Positions 38,999 through 49,480 of a stretch of DNA of 64,000 nucleotides are shown piece by piece. The stretch is taken from positions 128,001-192,000 of the forward strand of contig CAWFJP010000030.1 in assembly GCA_963816145.1 (NCBI GenBank), read 5' to 3'. Numbering within the stretch: the stretch's first letter is position 1; every line of letters begins with the position of its first letter. Position numbers and translations under genes: made by a program. Below the pieces are notes generated by a model. The model made no database searches. It had not been told where the DNA came from and worked only from the letters and a program-made list of their open reading frames with translations. Source of the DNA: an uncultured delta proteobacterium (GTDB lineage: Bacteria; Desulfobacterota; Binatia; UBA9968).

Positions 38999-40228
38999 AT
39001 GCTTCTAAACACTACCTTCCGCGCCTTTCGCCACCGCGACTACTTGATCTACTGGCTCGGTCTATTTCTTGGCCATACCGGCACATTGGTGCAGACCACC
39101 GCGCAGACCTGGCTGATCTTTCAACTGACCCATTCGCCATTTTATCTAGGCCTAGAGGGACTCTGCCTGGGTTTACCGCGGGTGCTGTTTTCCGCCTTCG
39201 GCGGCGCCGTGGTCGATCGCACGGACCTAAAAACCATTTTTGTCCTGACCCAAATTTCTTTCGTCGCGATGGCGCTGTTTCTCGGCGTGATGCGTCATCT
39301 CGGGCTCATTCAGGTATGGCATCTCCTGCTGGTCTCCGCCCTCACCGGCTTTCTGGTTTCGTTCGAGCAACCGGTGCGCCAGTCGATCCTACATCATCTT
39401 GTGCCACGCGAAGATCTGCCCAACGCCGTCACGCTCTATCAAATGGTTTTCAATGGCTCGATGCTGTTCGGACCTTCGATCGGAGGTTTGCTGATTCCAG
39501 TGATCGATACCAAGGGCTGTTTCTTCCTAGCCACCATCGGCAATCTGCTCGTGTTAGTCACGATATTTCTCATCCGCATACCCGCCACGGAACCGTCGGC
39601 GGCCAAAACCAGTATTACGCGCGACATGATCGAAGGTCTTAAGCTCGCGTGGAAAACCCCGATGTTTCTGGCGCTTCTAACAGTCCTCGCCGTCGTCAGC
39701 TTTTGCACCAAACCCTATACTCAGTTCATGCCGGTGTTCGCGCAGACAATTCTCAACGTCGGCGCCCCCGGTCTCGGCATGTTGCTCATGGCGCCGGGCG
39801 CCGGCGCGATCTTGGGCGGGCTGACCCTCGCCTCGGTGCGCCGTTTTCCTAAACCGCCGCGTTTGCTGTTTGGCCTAGCTGCCGGATTCGGCATCTGCAT
39901 CGTTCTATTCGCCACCTCGCGCAGCTTTCTCTTGTCGCTGGTATTCTTGTTCTTCGCCGGTAGCTTTCAGACCACATTCCTATCGTCGGTCGCCACGCTG
40001 CTACAATTCCACACCAACGAGCACAACCGCGGTCGTATCATGTCGATGTTTGGTCTGATCAATCGCGGCCTCGGCCCAATGGGCAGCTTTCCCTTCGGAC
40101 TGATCGCGACCTGGATTGGCGCCCCTTGGACTGTGGCGATCTGCGGCGCGCTCACCATCAGCCTGGTCGGCTATGTGGTTAATTACCGTGCAAGTTTACG
40201 TGACGCCAAAGCGGTCGGTGAGAATTAA
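38999..40228 (+). CDS. MFS transporter
   Basis: about 12 TM; GGAVVDRTD, FEQPVRQS, RGRIMS. Confidence 0.9.
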   Translation: MLLNTTFRAFRHRDYLIYWLGLFLGHTGTLVQTTAQTWLIFQLTHSPFYLGLEGLCLGLPRVLFSAFGGAVVDRTDLKTIFVLTQISFVAMALFLGVMRHLGLIQVWHLLLVSALTGFLVSFEQPVRQSILHHLVPREDLPNAVTLYQMVFNGSMLFGPSIGGLLIPVIDTKGCFFLATIGNLLVLVTIFLIRIPATEPSAAKTSITRDMIEGLKLAWKTPMFLALLTVLAVVSFCTKPYTQFMPVFAQTILNVGAPGLGMLLMAPGAGAILGGLTLASVRRFPKPPRLLFGLAAGFGICIVLFATSRSFLLSLVFLFFAGSFQTTFLSSVATLLQFHTNEHNRGRIMSMFGLINRGLGPMGSFPFGLIATWIGAPWTVAICGALTISLVGYVVNYRASLRDAKAVGEN

Positions 40229-40469
40229 CTATTGCTGGGAATCATCCCAAGCGATAGCCATCCATGCCGAAACAGCAAATCTGCCAGGGCGAACGAATGT
40301 TATGCTTCAGCGATAGCCAAAGGATCTCGACTTTGTACGCAGCAGAAAAGACGATTTTGTTCGTTGACGATCAAAATGACACTTTGGCAAGTTTCGCGAC
40401 TGCCGCACGGACTCAAAGCAAGGCGAGTCTCTCTTAAAACTACTGATTTAGAGTGGCACCGAAGTCGGC

Positions 40470-41021
40470 CTAAATTTTTCCCTGTGACCTCAGGTGTTCG
40501 ATGCGCTGGCGCACGATCTCACCGAGATCATTTGTCTCCAGCGCATCCGGGACTTGAATTCCTTCGGCGCCCAACTGGGTGAGCTTCTGATTGAGCGCGT
40601 CGAGGCTCGCGCGGATGCGCGCATGCTCTTGCAGATATTGCCGGCATGCGAGGATGTTGTCGTCGACCTCTTCGATGCACTTGCTCAAACGACGGCTTTC
40701 CTGGCTGAAAGTTTGGCGCAGATGATCGACGTTAGCTTGGATAATCTGCTCCTCGACGGGGCGGATCTGCTTGGCGATCTCGCTCTTCATGTCTTGCAAG
40801 GCTTGGAGCAAGCGTTCGTATGATTGTTCTTCCCTCATGAGATCCTCCGGCATCTGGATTTTGACTTCTCTCGTCGCGATGTAGTGCTGCGCCAGTGATT
40901 CCGACACCCGCCGTTTAACCAACACCAACGCCGCCTGGGTTTCATGAATGCGCTCGTCCACCAGGGCTTCGTCGCCGATGAGTTTAACCAACTGTTCCAA
41001 GGGTGCGGTGGCAAGTGTCAT
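40470..41021 (-). CDS. coiled-coil hypothetical protein
   Basis: long helical E/Q/L-rich ORF; start 41021 (alternative 41075). Confidence 0.7.
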   Translation of the reverse strand: MTLATAPLEQLVKLIGDEALVDERIHETQAALVLVKRRVSESLAQHYIATREVKIQMPEDLMREEQSYERLLQALQDMKSEIAKQIRPVEEQIIQANVDHLRQTFSQESRRLSKCIEEVDDNILACRQYLQEHARIRASLDALNQKLTQLGAEGIQVPDALETNDLGEIVRQRIEHLRSQGKI

Positions 41022-41259
41022 GGTTCGATTGGGTTTAACGGACAGTGTTACAGTCCGCCCCAGCTCAAGAGCCATGTATTATCCAGTCGCAGGTGAAACT
41101 GCAAGCATCACCAAATCTAAGGTAAGAATACGAAATACTTGATATTTTAAGAGGTAAAAATCAAAGATAAAGTCGACCTTAACGCACCATCTCGGGTCTC
41201 GTTGGCGCGCATTGACAACGAATGTAAGACGGTCTGGTGCGAGCGCTGGCGCGGCTCGA

Positions 41260-41595
41260 TTAACGTTTGTTTTCAGTAAGCTGGCGCTTCCAGCCGAGGG
41301 TACGCGCCTTCGCGCCGACTTCTTCGGCTTCGGCGATCAGACCCTTCTGTTGATAGAAGATTGACAGGCTCGTATAAGCCAGTTCATCGTCCGGCGCCGC
41401 CGCGATCAAACGTTTCGCGATGTCGATGGCTTGATCAAGTTTTTCTTGGTGCGAATAAGTCATCGCCAGGGCATGCAAAGCGTCGGCGTAATTGGGATCT
41501 TCATCGAGGGCGCGCAAATAAGCGGCAACGGCATCGTCCAAGTGATCCTGGGCGAAATACTCCATCCCCTGATTGTAAAAATCTTCTTTGTTCAC
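41260..41595 (-). CDS. tetratricopeptide repeat protein
   Basis: A...Y..AL..DPNYADALHALA, AYTSLS TPR pattern. Confidence 0.85.
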   Translation of the reverse strand: MNKEDFYNQGMEYFAQDHLDDAVAAYLRALDEDPNYADALHALAMTYSHQEKLDQAIDIAKRLIAAAPDDELAYTSLSIFYQQKGLIAEAEEVGAKARTLGWKRQLTENKR

Positions 41596-41628
41596 TGGGG
41601 CAGTTAGTTGGGCGATTTTGCGCCGAAA

Positions 41629-42750
41629 TTATGAAGCTGCCATGGACAGCCGTTGGACCTGTTCAGGTCGGCATTGCTGCAGCAAGACTTTTTTGAGCAT
41701 CGTCGGATTGACCGGCTTTTTGAAGATGACACCCTGCAAGCCTCCGAGGCAGCTGCGCTTGATGATGTGGTCTTTGTCGTAATTGAATGCCGTCATCAAG
41801 ACGACCGGCAGTCCGGGCATGTTTTTCTTGACGGTTTGGTACAGCTCGTAACCGTCCATGTCGGGCATGACGACATCGCTCAACACGACATCGAAGCGGT
41901 GCCGCCTCAACCACTCCATGGCATGGACTCCGGAGGCCGCGGTCTCGATGCAGCAGCGCTCCGACTCCAAGAGCTGCTTGAGCGACTGGCAGATGCTGGC
42001 GTCATCGTCGACGACCAAAATGTTCAAGCCGCTTAATGGATAACACGCGTCGGGCGACGGCCGGGCACAAGGTTTGTCGCTGGCTGCGGCATCGACATGG
42101 AGATCCGTCATCATCTTGCCGTCGAGGTACTCGGTCGTGCCGTACTCGCCCTCTTCGGCCATTTTGGCCATGCGCGTGGTGATATCTTGTATTTTGCGCA
42201 CCTGAGACGCCACGGAGTCGAGCCGGTCCGACTCGACAATGTAGTCTTCGTCGGTGGCGACGCGCTCGACATACTTCTTCATCAGTTCGGTCTGATTGAC
42301 CAGGACTTCCAAACTATTATTGATCTCGTGGGAAAGCCCGATGGCGATCTCGGCGAGCGTCACCAGTCGGTCGCGCCGGCGGATCTCGCGAATATCCTTA
42401 GCAAAACCAATCGAGCCGATCTCCTGACCCTGATCGTCGTAGATGATCGACGCAGAAATTGCCACTGGCATCTGCTCGCCTCGCTTGGTCTTGAATATGG
42501 TTTCGAAGTTTCTCACCCGCCCCCTGCCTTCGCCATCGCTCGCACGCATCGCCGCCATCACTCGGCGCGCTTCTTCGAGATTGGGATAGATCTCCAGGAC
42601 GTTTTTGCCTAAAACCTCGTCGAACGAAAAGCCGAGATTCTGCCGCGCACCGTCATTGTAGAAAGTAATCGTACCGTGACGATCGACCGAAATAATAATG
42701 TCGGGACAGCTCTCGACGAGCTTCTGAAAGTATTGAACCGGCAGGGCCAT
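41629..42750 (-). CDS. PAS-HisKA-REC signalling protein lacking a HATPase domain
   Basis: PAS/PAC, H-box LSHEINNSL, short EYLDGKMMTDL tail, REC with VVDDD/SDVVMP/KKP. Confidence 0.85.
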   Translation of the reverse strand: MALPVQYFQKLVESCPDIIISVDRHGTITFYNDGARQNLGFSFDEVLGKNVLEIYPNLEEARRVMAAMRASDGEGRGRVRNFETIFKTKRGEQMPVAISASIIYDDQGQEIGSIGFAKDIREIRRRDRLVTLAEIAIGLSHEINNSLEVLVNQTELMKKYVERVATDEDYIVESDRLDSVASQVRKIQDITTRMAKMAEEGEYGTTEYLDGKMMTDLHVDAAASDKPCARPSPDACYPLSGLNILVVDDDASICQSLKQLLESERCCIETAASGVHAMEWLRRHRFDVVLSDVVMPDMDGYELYQTVKKNMPGLPVVLMTAFNYDKDHIIKRSCLGGLQGVIFKKPVNPTMLKKVLLQQCRPEQVQRLSMAAS

Positions 42751-42864
42751 AGAGTCAGATGTTATCTTGTATCATAAGTCGAACGGCGTTATCAATGCAA
42801 GAGTCTTTTGAGACAACCCGTGTACGCGCCATTTTTCTCCCCTTAGTTCACTAACGATACGTTT

Positions 42865-44703
42865 ATGCAACCGACAAAAGATACCCGTCAGTTGAACTGG
42901 TTTCTCGCCTGGGCGGTGGTGTTCTGCGATATCGGCACGTCGGTCTATTACGTTCCCGGCATCATGTACGGCCATGTCAAAGACGCCACGCCGTTTTTCG
43001 TCTTACTGACCACCGGCGGGTTCATCCTGCTCGCGCTGAAATACATCGAAATCAGCTGGCGCAATCCCGAAGGCGGCGGTGTCGTCACCATCACCACCAA
43101 AGCGTTCGGCCCCATGTGGGGATGCTTGGGCGGTATGCTGATCACGGTGGATTATTTTCTCACCACCGCGATCTCGTCGGTCTCCGGCTTTCAATACATC
43201 GGCAGCGCCTTTCCATCCCTCGATGGCCATATCATGGTGCTCGCCTGCATCGGCATCGGCGTCCTCGCGCTGCTCAACCTGATCGGCATTCGTGAAAGTG
43301 CGGGCGTCTCGCTGGTGATGGCCTGCGCGTCGTTCGTCGTCAATATGATCGTCATCGTCATCGCCATCTTCACGATGAATGCCGAACAATGGGGGGCGGT
43401 GCTCAGCCGGCTCGGCACCGGCAACAACATCTCGACCTATCAACTCATGGTCGGTTTCTCCTCGGCCTGGCTCGCCTTCTCGGGCCTTGAGAGCATCAGC
43501 CAACTGAGCCCAACCATGCGGCTGCCATTGCGCCGAACCACCCGCTGGGCCATGGCGGCGGTCATCATCACGATGGTCTTGACATCGCCGGTGTTGACGG
43601 CGCTATCCATTGGCCTGCTTCCGGAACATTTCAAAGCTGCCGAGAGTGAACGGTTTATCTCCGAGCTGGGACGAATCACCGGTGGGCTGGGGATCAAGCT
43701 CGCTGTCGTGCTCACGGCATCGAGCTTGCTGCTGTTCGCCTCCAATACAGCGATCATCGGTTCATATCATGTCTTTCTGGCCCTGGTGAAAGGCGAATTT
43801 CTTCCCAAAATCATTTCCCTGCGAAGCAAGACATTTAATACCCCCTATATCGCCATCGGCATCGCCACGATGATTCCGGTCATGGTGATCCTGGCCAGCC
43901 AAGGCGACATGAAGATATTGGGCGACATGTACGCCTTTGGGTTATTGGGTGCCTTCGTGTTTTCCTCTCTTAGCTTGGACTCGATTCGCTGGAACTTGGG
44001 CCGGCGCGACTTGGGCTTTTGGATCGGCGTCTTGACGACCCTTATGGTCACCGGCGCCTGGGGTGTAAATCTTGTCGAAAAACAGCTGGCGACGTTGTTC
44101 GGCAGCAGCGTCACGTTGATCGGCATGCTGATCGCCGTCGGCGTGCGTCGCTCCTGGTTTGTCGATGCCCTGACCAAGATACCGTTGATTCAACGCCTGC
44201 AAGCGCGCGCCTACCGGGCTTCGGAAGGTCTCGTTGAAGACGAACTCAAAGGCCTGGTCACCCTGGCTGAAGCCGTCGAACTCAAAGCACTCTACCCGTC
44301 GACGACCATGCTGGCCATACGCGACGAAAGCCCGCGGCTCATTCAAGAGGGCATCACGCGGGCCAAAGGCAAAGGCGAGTCGGCAATTTACTGCATCTAT
44401 GTCGAAGAGTGGCCTGGGTTGTTCGCCGGCGACACACCCCATACCCCAAACGAAGAGGGCGTCCAAACTCTACGCGCCACGCTGCAAGCGGTGCGCGAGA
44501 AAAACATCGAAATCATTCCCATATGGACCGTCGCCCACAACGCCGCCGACGCCATCGCCAACGCCGCCAAAGCCCTCGACGTCGATACCGTCTTCATCGG
44601 CGCCTCGCGCCGCTCGGCGTTCTACCACATGTTGCGCGGCCATGTAATCAAAGGATTAATGAAAAAGCTGCCTAGAGACTGCCACTTGATGATCTGCAAT
44701 TGA
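42865..44703 (+). CDS. APC-superfamily transporter (KimA/KUP-like motifs) with C-terminal universal stress protein domain
   Basis: VVFCDIGTS, NPEGGG, VDYFLT, AFSGLESISQ; USP-like ADAIANAAKALDVDTVFIGASRRS...GHV. Confidence 0.85.
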   Translation: MQPTKDTRQLNWFLAWAVVFCDIGTSVYYVPGIMYGHVKDATPFFVLLTTGGFILLALKYIEISWRNPEGGGVVTITTKAFGPMWGCLGGMLITVDYFLTTAISSVSGFQYIGSAFPSLDGHIMVLACIGIGVLALLNLIGIRESAGVSLVMACASFVVNMIVIVIAIFTMNAEQWGAVLSRLGTGNNISTYQLMVGFSSAWLAFSGLESISQLSPTMRLPLRRTTRWAMAAVIITMVLTSPVLTALSIGLLPEHFKAAESERFISELGRITGGLGIKLAVVLTASSLLLFASNTAIIGSYHVFLALVKGEFLPKIISLRSKTFNTPYIAIGIATMIPVMVILASQGDMKILGDMYAFGLLGAFVFSSLSLDSIRWNLGRRDLGFWIGVLTTLMVTGAWGVNLVEKQLATLFGSSVTLIGMLIAVGVRRSWFVDALTKIPLIQRLQARAYRASEGLVEDELKGLVTLAEAVELKALYPSTTMLAIRDESPRLIQEGITRAKGKGESAIYCIYVEEWPGLFAGDTPHTPNEEGVQTLRATLQAVREKNIEIIPIWTVAHNAADAIANAAKALDVDTVFIGASRRSAFYHMLRGHVIKGLMKKLPRDCHLMICN

Positions 44704-44924
44704 AATCGTCTCAATGAAAAACTGCGGCGATCTTATCCTAAGCAATAGCGAAGGATCTCACCTCTCCCAATACTCAACAACTTTGACCGTGGACAATCGC
44801 CATCGTCAGAAAGCGAATAGGGAGCGACTGTCCGCGAATGCAGATAGCAGGTCCCGCCGTGCTAAATAGCACGACCCCGTTGACACCGAAGATTTGAATC
44901 CGATACTCTGCCGACCCTGATCAC

Positions 44925-45818
44925 ATGAAGCGATTTATCCGCATTTCAGTATTCTTGCTGATATCACTCCTGGCTGCTGTCTCATCTGCCGACTTTACCG
45001 GCATAGGCCACGTCCATACGCTCGCGGAGACCAAACAGGTCTTTTTGAATCCTGACTGCCGCTCTACCAGCAGCTGCGATCTCAAGCGATTCACCCTGAC
45101 CAAGGTGGTGAACGAGATTTGGTTCAGCGACAACGCTGATTATCCTACTTACAGTAACGGTGTGATCATGGAATATGAGACCGATTCCGTTGCTGCCCTG
45201 GAGAAATACGCCATCGTGCAGTTCAAAAAAGGCTGCGTATTCGACAGCTACAAGAATCGAGCGGGCAAGATCCAGCGAAACATCACCGACACAGTGGGGA
45301 GCTTTGGCGAGCAAATCCCTTTTTGCTTTCACCGATGGGTGATCGATTCGCTGGACCGCGATCCAGCCTACAATAGCGATCCAGATTACGGCAGATTTTA
45401 CTTATTGCGGTGGAACAATCCTGGATCTTACGACAACCGGACCCAAAAATATTACGGCGCCGAAAAACCGAAAACGCCCGTTGTCTACATGGCCGACTAT
45501 CCCGCTGGCGCCTTTATTTCCCGCACTGGAGTCAGAAATGTCGCACTAGAGTTCAACACCTGCATCTACAAAGCTAGCGACGTTCCCGCAGAGACCAGCA
45601 GAGACAACCTAAACTTTGCCCAGCCCATCAGCTGCTTTGAATGGCAGAACGTTTATGTCTACGACTTTGCCAAGGCAAGATTCCAGAGCGACTTGGCGGT
45701 TCTTCCCAGCTGGGAAGAACCGCCCGCGCCGGTCGAGATTTATCAACGCATGTTCATTGTCACTCTGTTGATGATGATCGTATTCATTGGTTATTTGGGC
45801 TGGCGGAGATTCCGCTGA
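44925..45818 (+). CDS. exported hypothetical protein with C-terminal membrane anchor
   Basis: signal peptide, several Cys, Pro-rich linker, TM helix and WRRFR tail. Confidence 0.75.
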   Translation: MKRFIRISVFLLISLLAAVSSADFTGIGHVHTLAETKQVFLNPDCRSTSSCDLKRFTLTKVVNEIWFSDNADYPTYSNGVIMEYETDSVAALEKYAIVQFKKGCVFDSYKNRAGKIQRNITDTVGSFGEQIPFCFHRWVIDSLDRDPAYNSDPDYGRFYLLRWNNPGSYDNRTQKYYGAEKPKTPVVYMADYPAGAFISRTGVRNVALEFNTCIYKASDVPAETSRDNLNFAQPISCFEWQNVYVYDFAKARFQSDLAVLPSWEEPPAPVEIYQRMFIVTLLMMIVFIGYLGWRRFR

Positions 45819-46061
45819 CACAAAAGCCGATTGGTTCTTATCCTATCACCCAACGCTACGGCTTTGGCTGCACAGCTCGACTTCCCGTCAAGAAGGTCGC
45901 CGCAGGCTGGGCTGGATGCTCGCGTGCATGATCGCGCGCGAGCTCCAGATTGCCGCTAATCGCTTCCGCTAAGCTAGTCATCGCTGGGTAAATCTCTGGC
46001 ACAAACCTCGCCCTCTTCAACTATGTCAGGTGCACGAAATCGCCATAACCAGCTGAATCAA

Positions 46062-46997
46062 TCAAGAAAAAAACGGTCTCAATGCTCGCCGAATGAGCTT
46101 ACTGTGCTCCCAGTTGATTCTTCTCAACCAGGACGGGTAGCGATCTCTTTGAGTCTCCAAAAGATAGCGGACACTACGCACAAAATTAAAGTGGCCAGCG
46201 GAAAAATCCTGGTCCTGTATGGTAAACCCCGCAAGTTCCGCAAGCGTCCGTAAAGTCTTCGGCGAATAGGAAATCACATGGCGGGGCACGTCGAGCGCGT
46301 ACCAACTTCTCGCCAAACAACCGGAAAACCAAATTCTGAGTGTTGGGGACCTTTACATAAACTAATCCATCAGGCCGAAGAATTCGATAAATTTCGTCAA
46401 ACGTGGTTCGGGGATTCGGCAAGTGTTCAAGCACAGTGCTTAAGTGCACGACATCAAAAAAGCTGTCGGTAAAACCAGCAGCCTCAACCGTGCCGTTAAA
46501 CACGTTCAAGCCGAGCGATCGGGCCCGTTGGCAACCGGTTCCGCTAGGTTCAACGGCGAAGGTATTTCACCCCACTGTTTCAATCGAAATAGGTAGGAGC
46601 CTCCTCCCGTGCCGATATCGAGCACTTTACCGGAACCGCGATAAGGGATGGCCCCTTTGGCGGTCACCCACGACAGCACTCTTGCCGCCATCCGAGTAAC
46701 GCGGCTCTTGCGTAAGCTCGATTGTGAAGGATAGCCGTAATGATGTTCCACAATAAAGCGACGCCAATCATGGTGGCGCTTCTTTTGAAGTGATTCACGG
46801 TGGCGAAACCGACCATAATCCGCCGGATAATAGCGCAACAACTCTTGGGCAGTATGCCAAGGTTGAATGAAATAGGCTTGGCAATATTCGCAATGATAGA
46901 TCGAGAACTCGCCGGCAATCCGATGAACTCGGTCTCGACCCGAGAACCGGCGTTGACCGTCCGGCTGACAACACGAAGGACGCTCAATCATACCCAT
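46062..46997 (-). pseudogene. class I SAM-dependent methyltransferase with two frameshifts (~46560, ~46307)
   Basis: C..C zinc ribbon, VLDIGTGGG; AVEPS...FDVV....VLEHLPNP; WYALDVPRH spread over three frames. Confidence 0.8.
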
Positions 46998-47105
46998 CTC
47001 CGTCGTTGTCGAGGCAGCGGCGTTTCGCCGCTGCCCAACAGGAAAAACGATTTCAAGCCGTCGCACCGGTACGGTGAAACAAGCCCCGTTGGACAAACAA
47101 AGGGG

Positions 47106-47480
47106 CTAGGCCTGAACGGAGGATGAAGTGTCGGAAACGGAAGAACGCGGCAAGGCAATCCGGTGGCGACGAGATGCTTTAAGACCCAAAAAATTCAATT
47201 CACGGGCCAAGAAGACTGAAGCTAAGATTTCACTGGAAGACTGGACTTCAGGGAAGATGCCAAACTTCAGTACACCGAAATTTGGCGTAAATACCGGGTT
47301 GATATCGGTGACGTTTTCAGCGATGAAGATCTCGCTCTTGCCCGCCGGTGTTGGTGCACGTTGGGAGCCATCAAGATCCAAGACATCGAACAAAAGGTAG
47401 GAGCTGACGATAATTGAGCAAGCAATATTGAACGCGGAACCACAGACTACGACGCGGGAGAAATACCAACGGATTCATAA
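47106..47480 (-). CDS. hypothetical protein (TM followed by FDVLDLDGS); start uncertain
   Basis: open frame with hydrophobic N-terminal segment and IALPRSS tail. Confidence 0.4.
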
Positions 47481-47544
47481 ATTCGACTTCTTGAGTTTTG
47501 ATCAATCAATGACTCTAGTCAAGATAACCGTCTGCCGCTCCGAA

Positions 47545-47904
47545 TCAACCCCTAGGAACGATGTGCTTAAAGAACTCCTCCGCGACTTCCAGCAATGGGC
47601 TCTCCTTTAGTTCTCTTGTAAGACCTCGGGCCATGACGATCTGACTCCAATCTTCCTGAATGCGGTTCCGAAGCATGTCAATTCGTTGTTGGCTCGCATG
47701 ATGGAGCAGCAATCTTCGGAGCATGTTCACATCCGATTGCAGATCAGTTTCATCATCTTTCAGGTCGATCATCTTCTCGCGCATGCGCCAACACGCGTAA
47801 TCGCAGCCACGGGCATCGAGCACAGCGGCTTCGACAGCATGGGCGATGATCGCTAGCCATGAAATAAATAGACAAGCCGCTATGCGATCTCTTTGAGGAT
47901 CATA
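47545..47904 (-). CDS. hypothetical exported protein, probable 1-nt frameshift just after the start
   Basis: GGGAG RBS + ATG near 47904 lies one base out of frame with the signal-like RIAACLFISWLAIIAHAVEA; sigma-54 box directly upstream. Confidence 0.4.
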   Translation of the reverse strand, partial: YDPQRDRIAACLFISWLAIIAHAVEAAVLDARGCDYACWRMREKMIDLKDDETDLQSDVNMLRRLLLHHASQQRIDMLRNRIQEDWSQIVMARGLTRELKESPLLEVAEEFFKHIVPRG

Positions 47905-47945
47905 GAAATTTCTCCCGTCACGTTATTTGATGTATGGCAAATCTT

Positions 47946-47961
47946 AGCAAGGCGCACGCCA
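47946..47961 (-). promoter_or_regulatory. sigma-54 promoter
   Basis: minus strand TGGCGTGCGCCTTGCT. Confidence 0.65.
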
Positions 47962-48124
47962 GAAACTTTTTCCCGACGCATGAAACCGATTCGAGGATTG
48001 ATACTCCGTCGCGACGAATCCGGGCGTGGGCAAATGGCAACGTGGCGCGCAAAAGCGTCTCAGTTTTACAGTCACCCGGGATCCTCTTCGCATGGTTCAC
48101 AGTGATTTCCCTCATATTGCCGCG

Positions 48125-48140
48125 TGGCATATTGCTTGCT
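48125..48140 (+). promoter_or_regulatory. sigma-54 promoter
   Basis: TGGCATATTGCTTGCT upstream of 48304; divergent from the 47946-47961 box. Confidence 0.75.
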
Positions 48141-48303
48141 GATTAGCGTGCACAAGATTCACAAAGTGCAAAGTCCCGTGTCGAAAGAAGGTGAGTGAAT
48201 AATGAAACGCTTCACAGCCGAGACATTGTGATGGTTCGATAACAGCAACATCGACGATTAGCGCCGCATCGACGGCATTAAAACAGAAAAAGGAGATAGG
48301 ATT

Positions 48304-48612
48304 ATGAAACACATCGGAACTACGTTATCCATGTTGGTTTTGGCTGGCTCTTTGGCTGGCAGCGCGATGGCAGCGGACAATGATGCGCCGGTAAGAGCAG
48401 CGACGGGCGAAAACTATTGCAACATGAGATTTCCCGCGATGACCCAAAAGAGTCTTGCGAGTAATCACCCGCAACTCAAGAACGCGCAGACGGGCGACAT
48501 GATCGACTATTCGGGTCCCTGCGACGAGACCCCGACCGGGAAGGATCAGGTTCAAAAACAGACGCACGAAGAGTCGTTTATGTTTGGCCGAGCTTACGCA
48601 GACGGCGAATGA
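48304..48612 (+). CDS. small secreted two-Cys protein
   Basis: AAGGAG RBS, signal peptide AMA, NYCNMRFPA...IDYSGPCDETPTGKDQV. Confidence 0.85.
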   Translation: MKHIGTTLSMLVLAGSLAGSAMAADNDAPVRAATGENYCNMRFPAMTQKSLASNHPQLKNAQTGDMIDYSGPCDETPTGKDQVQKQTHEESFMFGRAYADGE

Positions 48613-48632
48613 GCCGTGTCGAAACCACCGCC

Positions 48633-48668
48633 GCGCGGCGAGAAATAATCTCGCCGCGCCATTTTTTT
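48633..48668 (+). terminator. rho-independent terminator
   Basis: 11-bp stem GCGCGGCGAGA/TCTCGCCGCGC, then a T7 run. Confidence 0.85.
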
Positions 48669-48933
48669 GAAACCCAACTCGTCGAAATTATCATCTTTCC
48701 GGCCCACCCACTAAGCTGCAAGCGTGTCTAACAATGCACTCCATCATAATAATAGACTTACTCACCGCCAGGAAGCGATCCTCATGTTCCGTAGCGATCG
48801 TATCTAAGTTATCAACCGCCGGCCAATTGCGACCGAAAGGAATTATCATTAAAAGAATCGGTGAGGTCTGAATCACGAGGCTAATATCGGCCGAACCGCG
48901 TCAATATGCGGTTTTCTGTGCGCTGTCTGCCTC

Positions 48934-49480
48934 TTGCTGACCGGCGTCCCTTGCACTGCCGTCGCTGCTGAGCCAATGGACCAACTGAGCTTCACCGTCA
49001 AAAAACTTACCGATCTGCTCGCAGACACACCGGCTGCGAATCGACCGAACGACGAACTGCTCACAAATCTCATCAGGCTTTCTGATCAATGGTTCGAGTT
49101 TGCTGCCATGGCAGCAAGATCACTCGGCAGCCATGGGCCCGAACTATCGCCTGAGGAGCGCCGCCAGTTTGTCGAGGTCTTTACCGTTTATGCGCTGGGC
49201 TCGTACACCGATGGGTTGAAATCGCAAATCAGCGCGAAAATCTCCTTCGACCGCAAAATCCAGAGGGGAGATAACGCCGAGGTCGAAACATCATTGGTAA
49301 CCAGCAACCGCGCAAAGCTTTCGATTAACTACAAACTGCACCGTGTCGGCGAAAGCTGGAAGGCTTATGACGTCGATTTCGAACACGTGAGTGTACTAAA
49401 TACCATTCCTCGCAGTTCAACCAAATCATAGAACGGACATCGCTCGATGATTTGATCCACCGAATGAAGGAACATAGCTC
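48934..49480 (+). pseudogene. MlaC/Ttg2D-like phospholipid-binding protein, frameshifted near 49403
   Basis: F..MAARSLG....LSPEERRQFVEVF, INYKLH...WKAYDV; SQFNQIIERTSLDDLIHRM continues in another frame. Confidence 0.7.
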
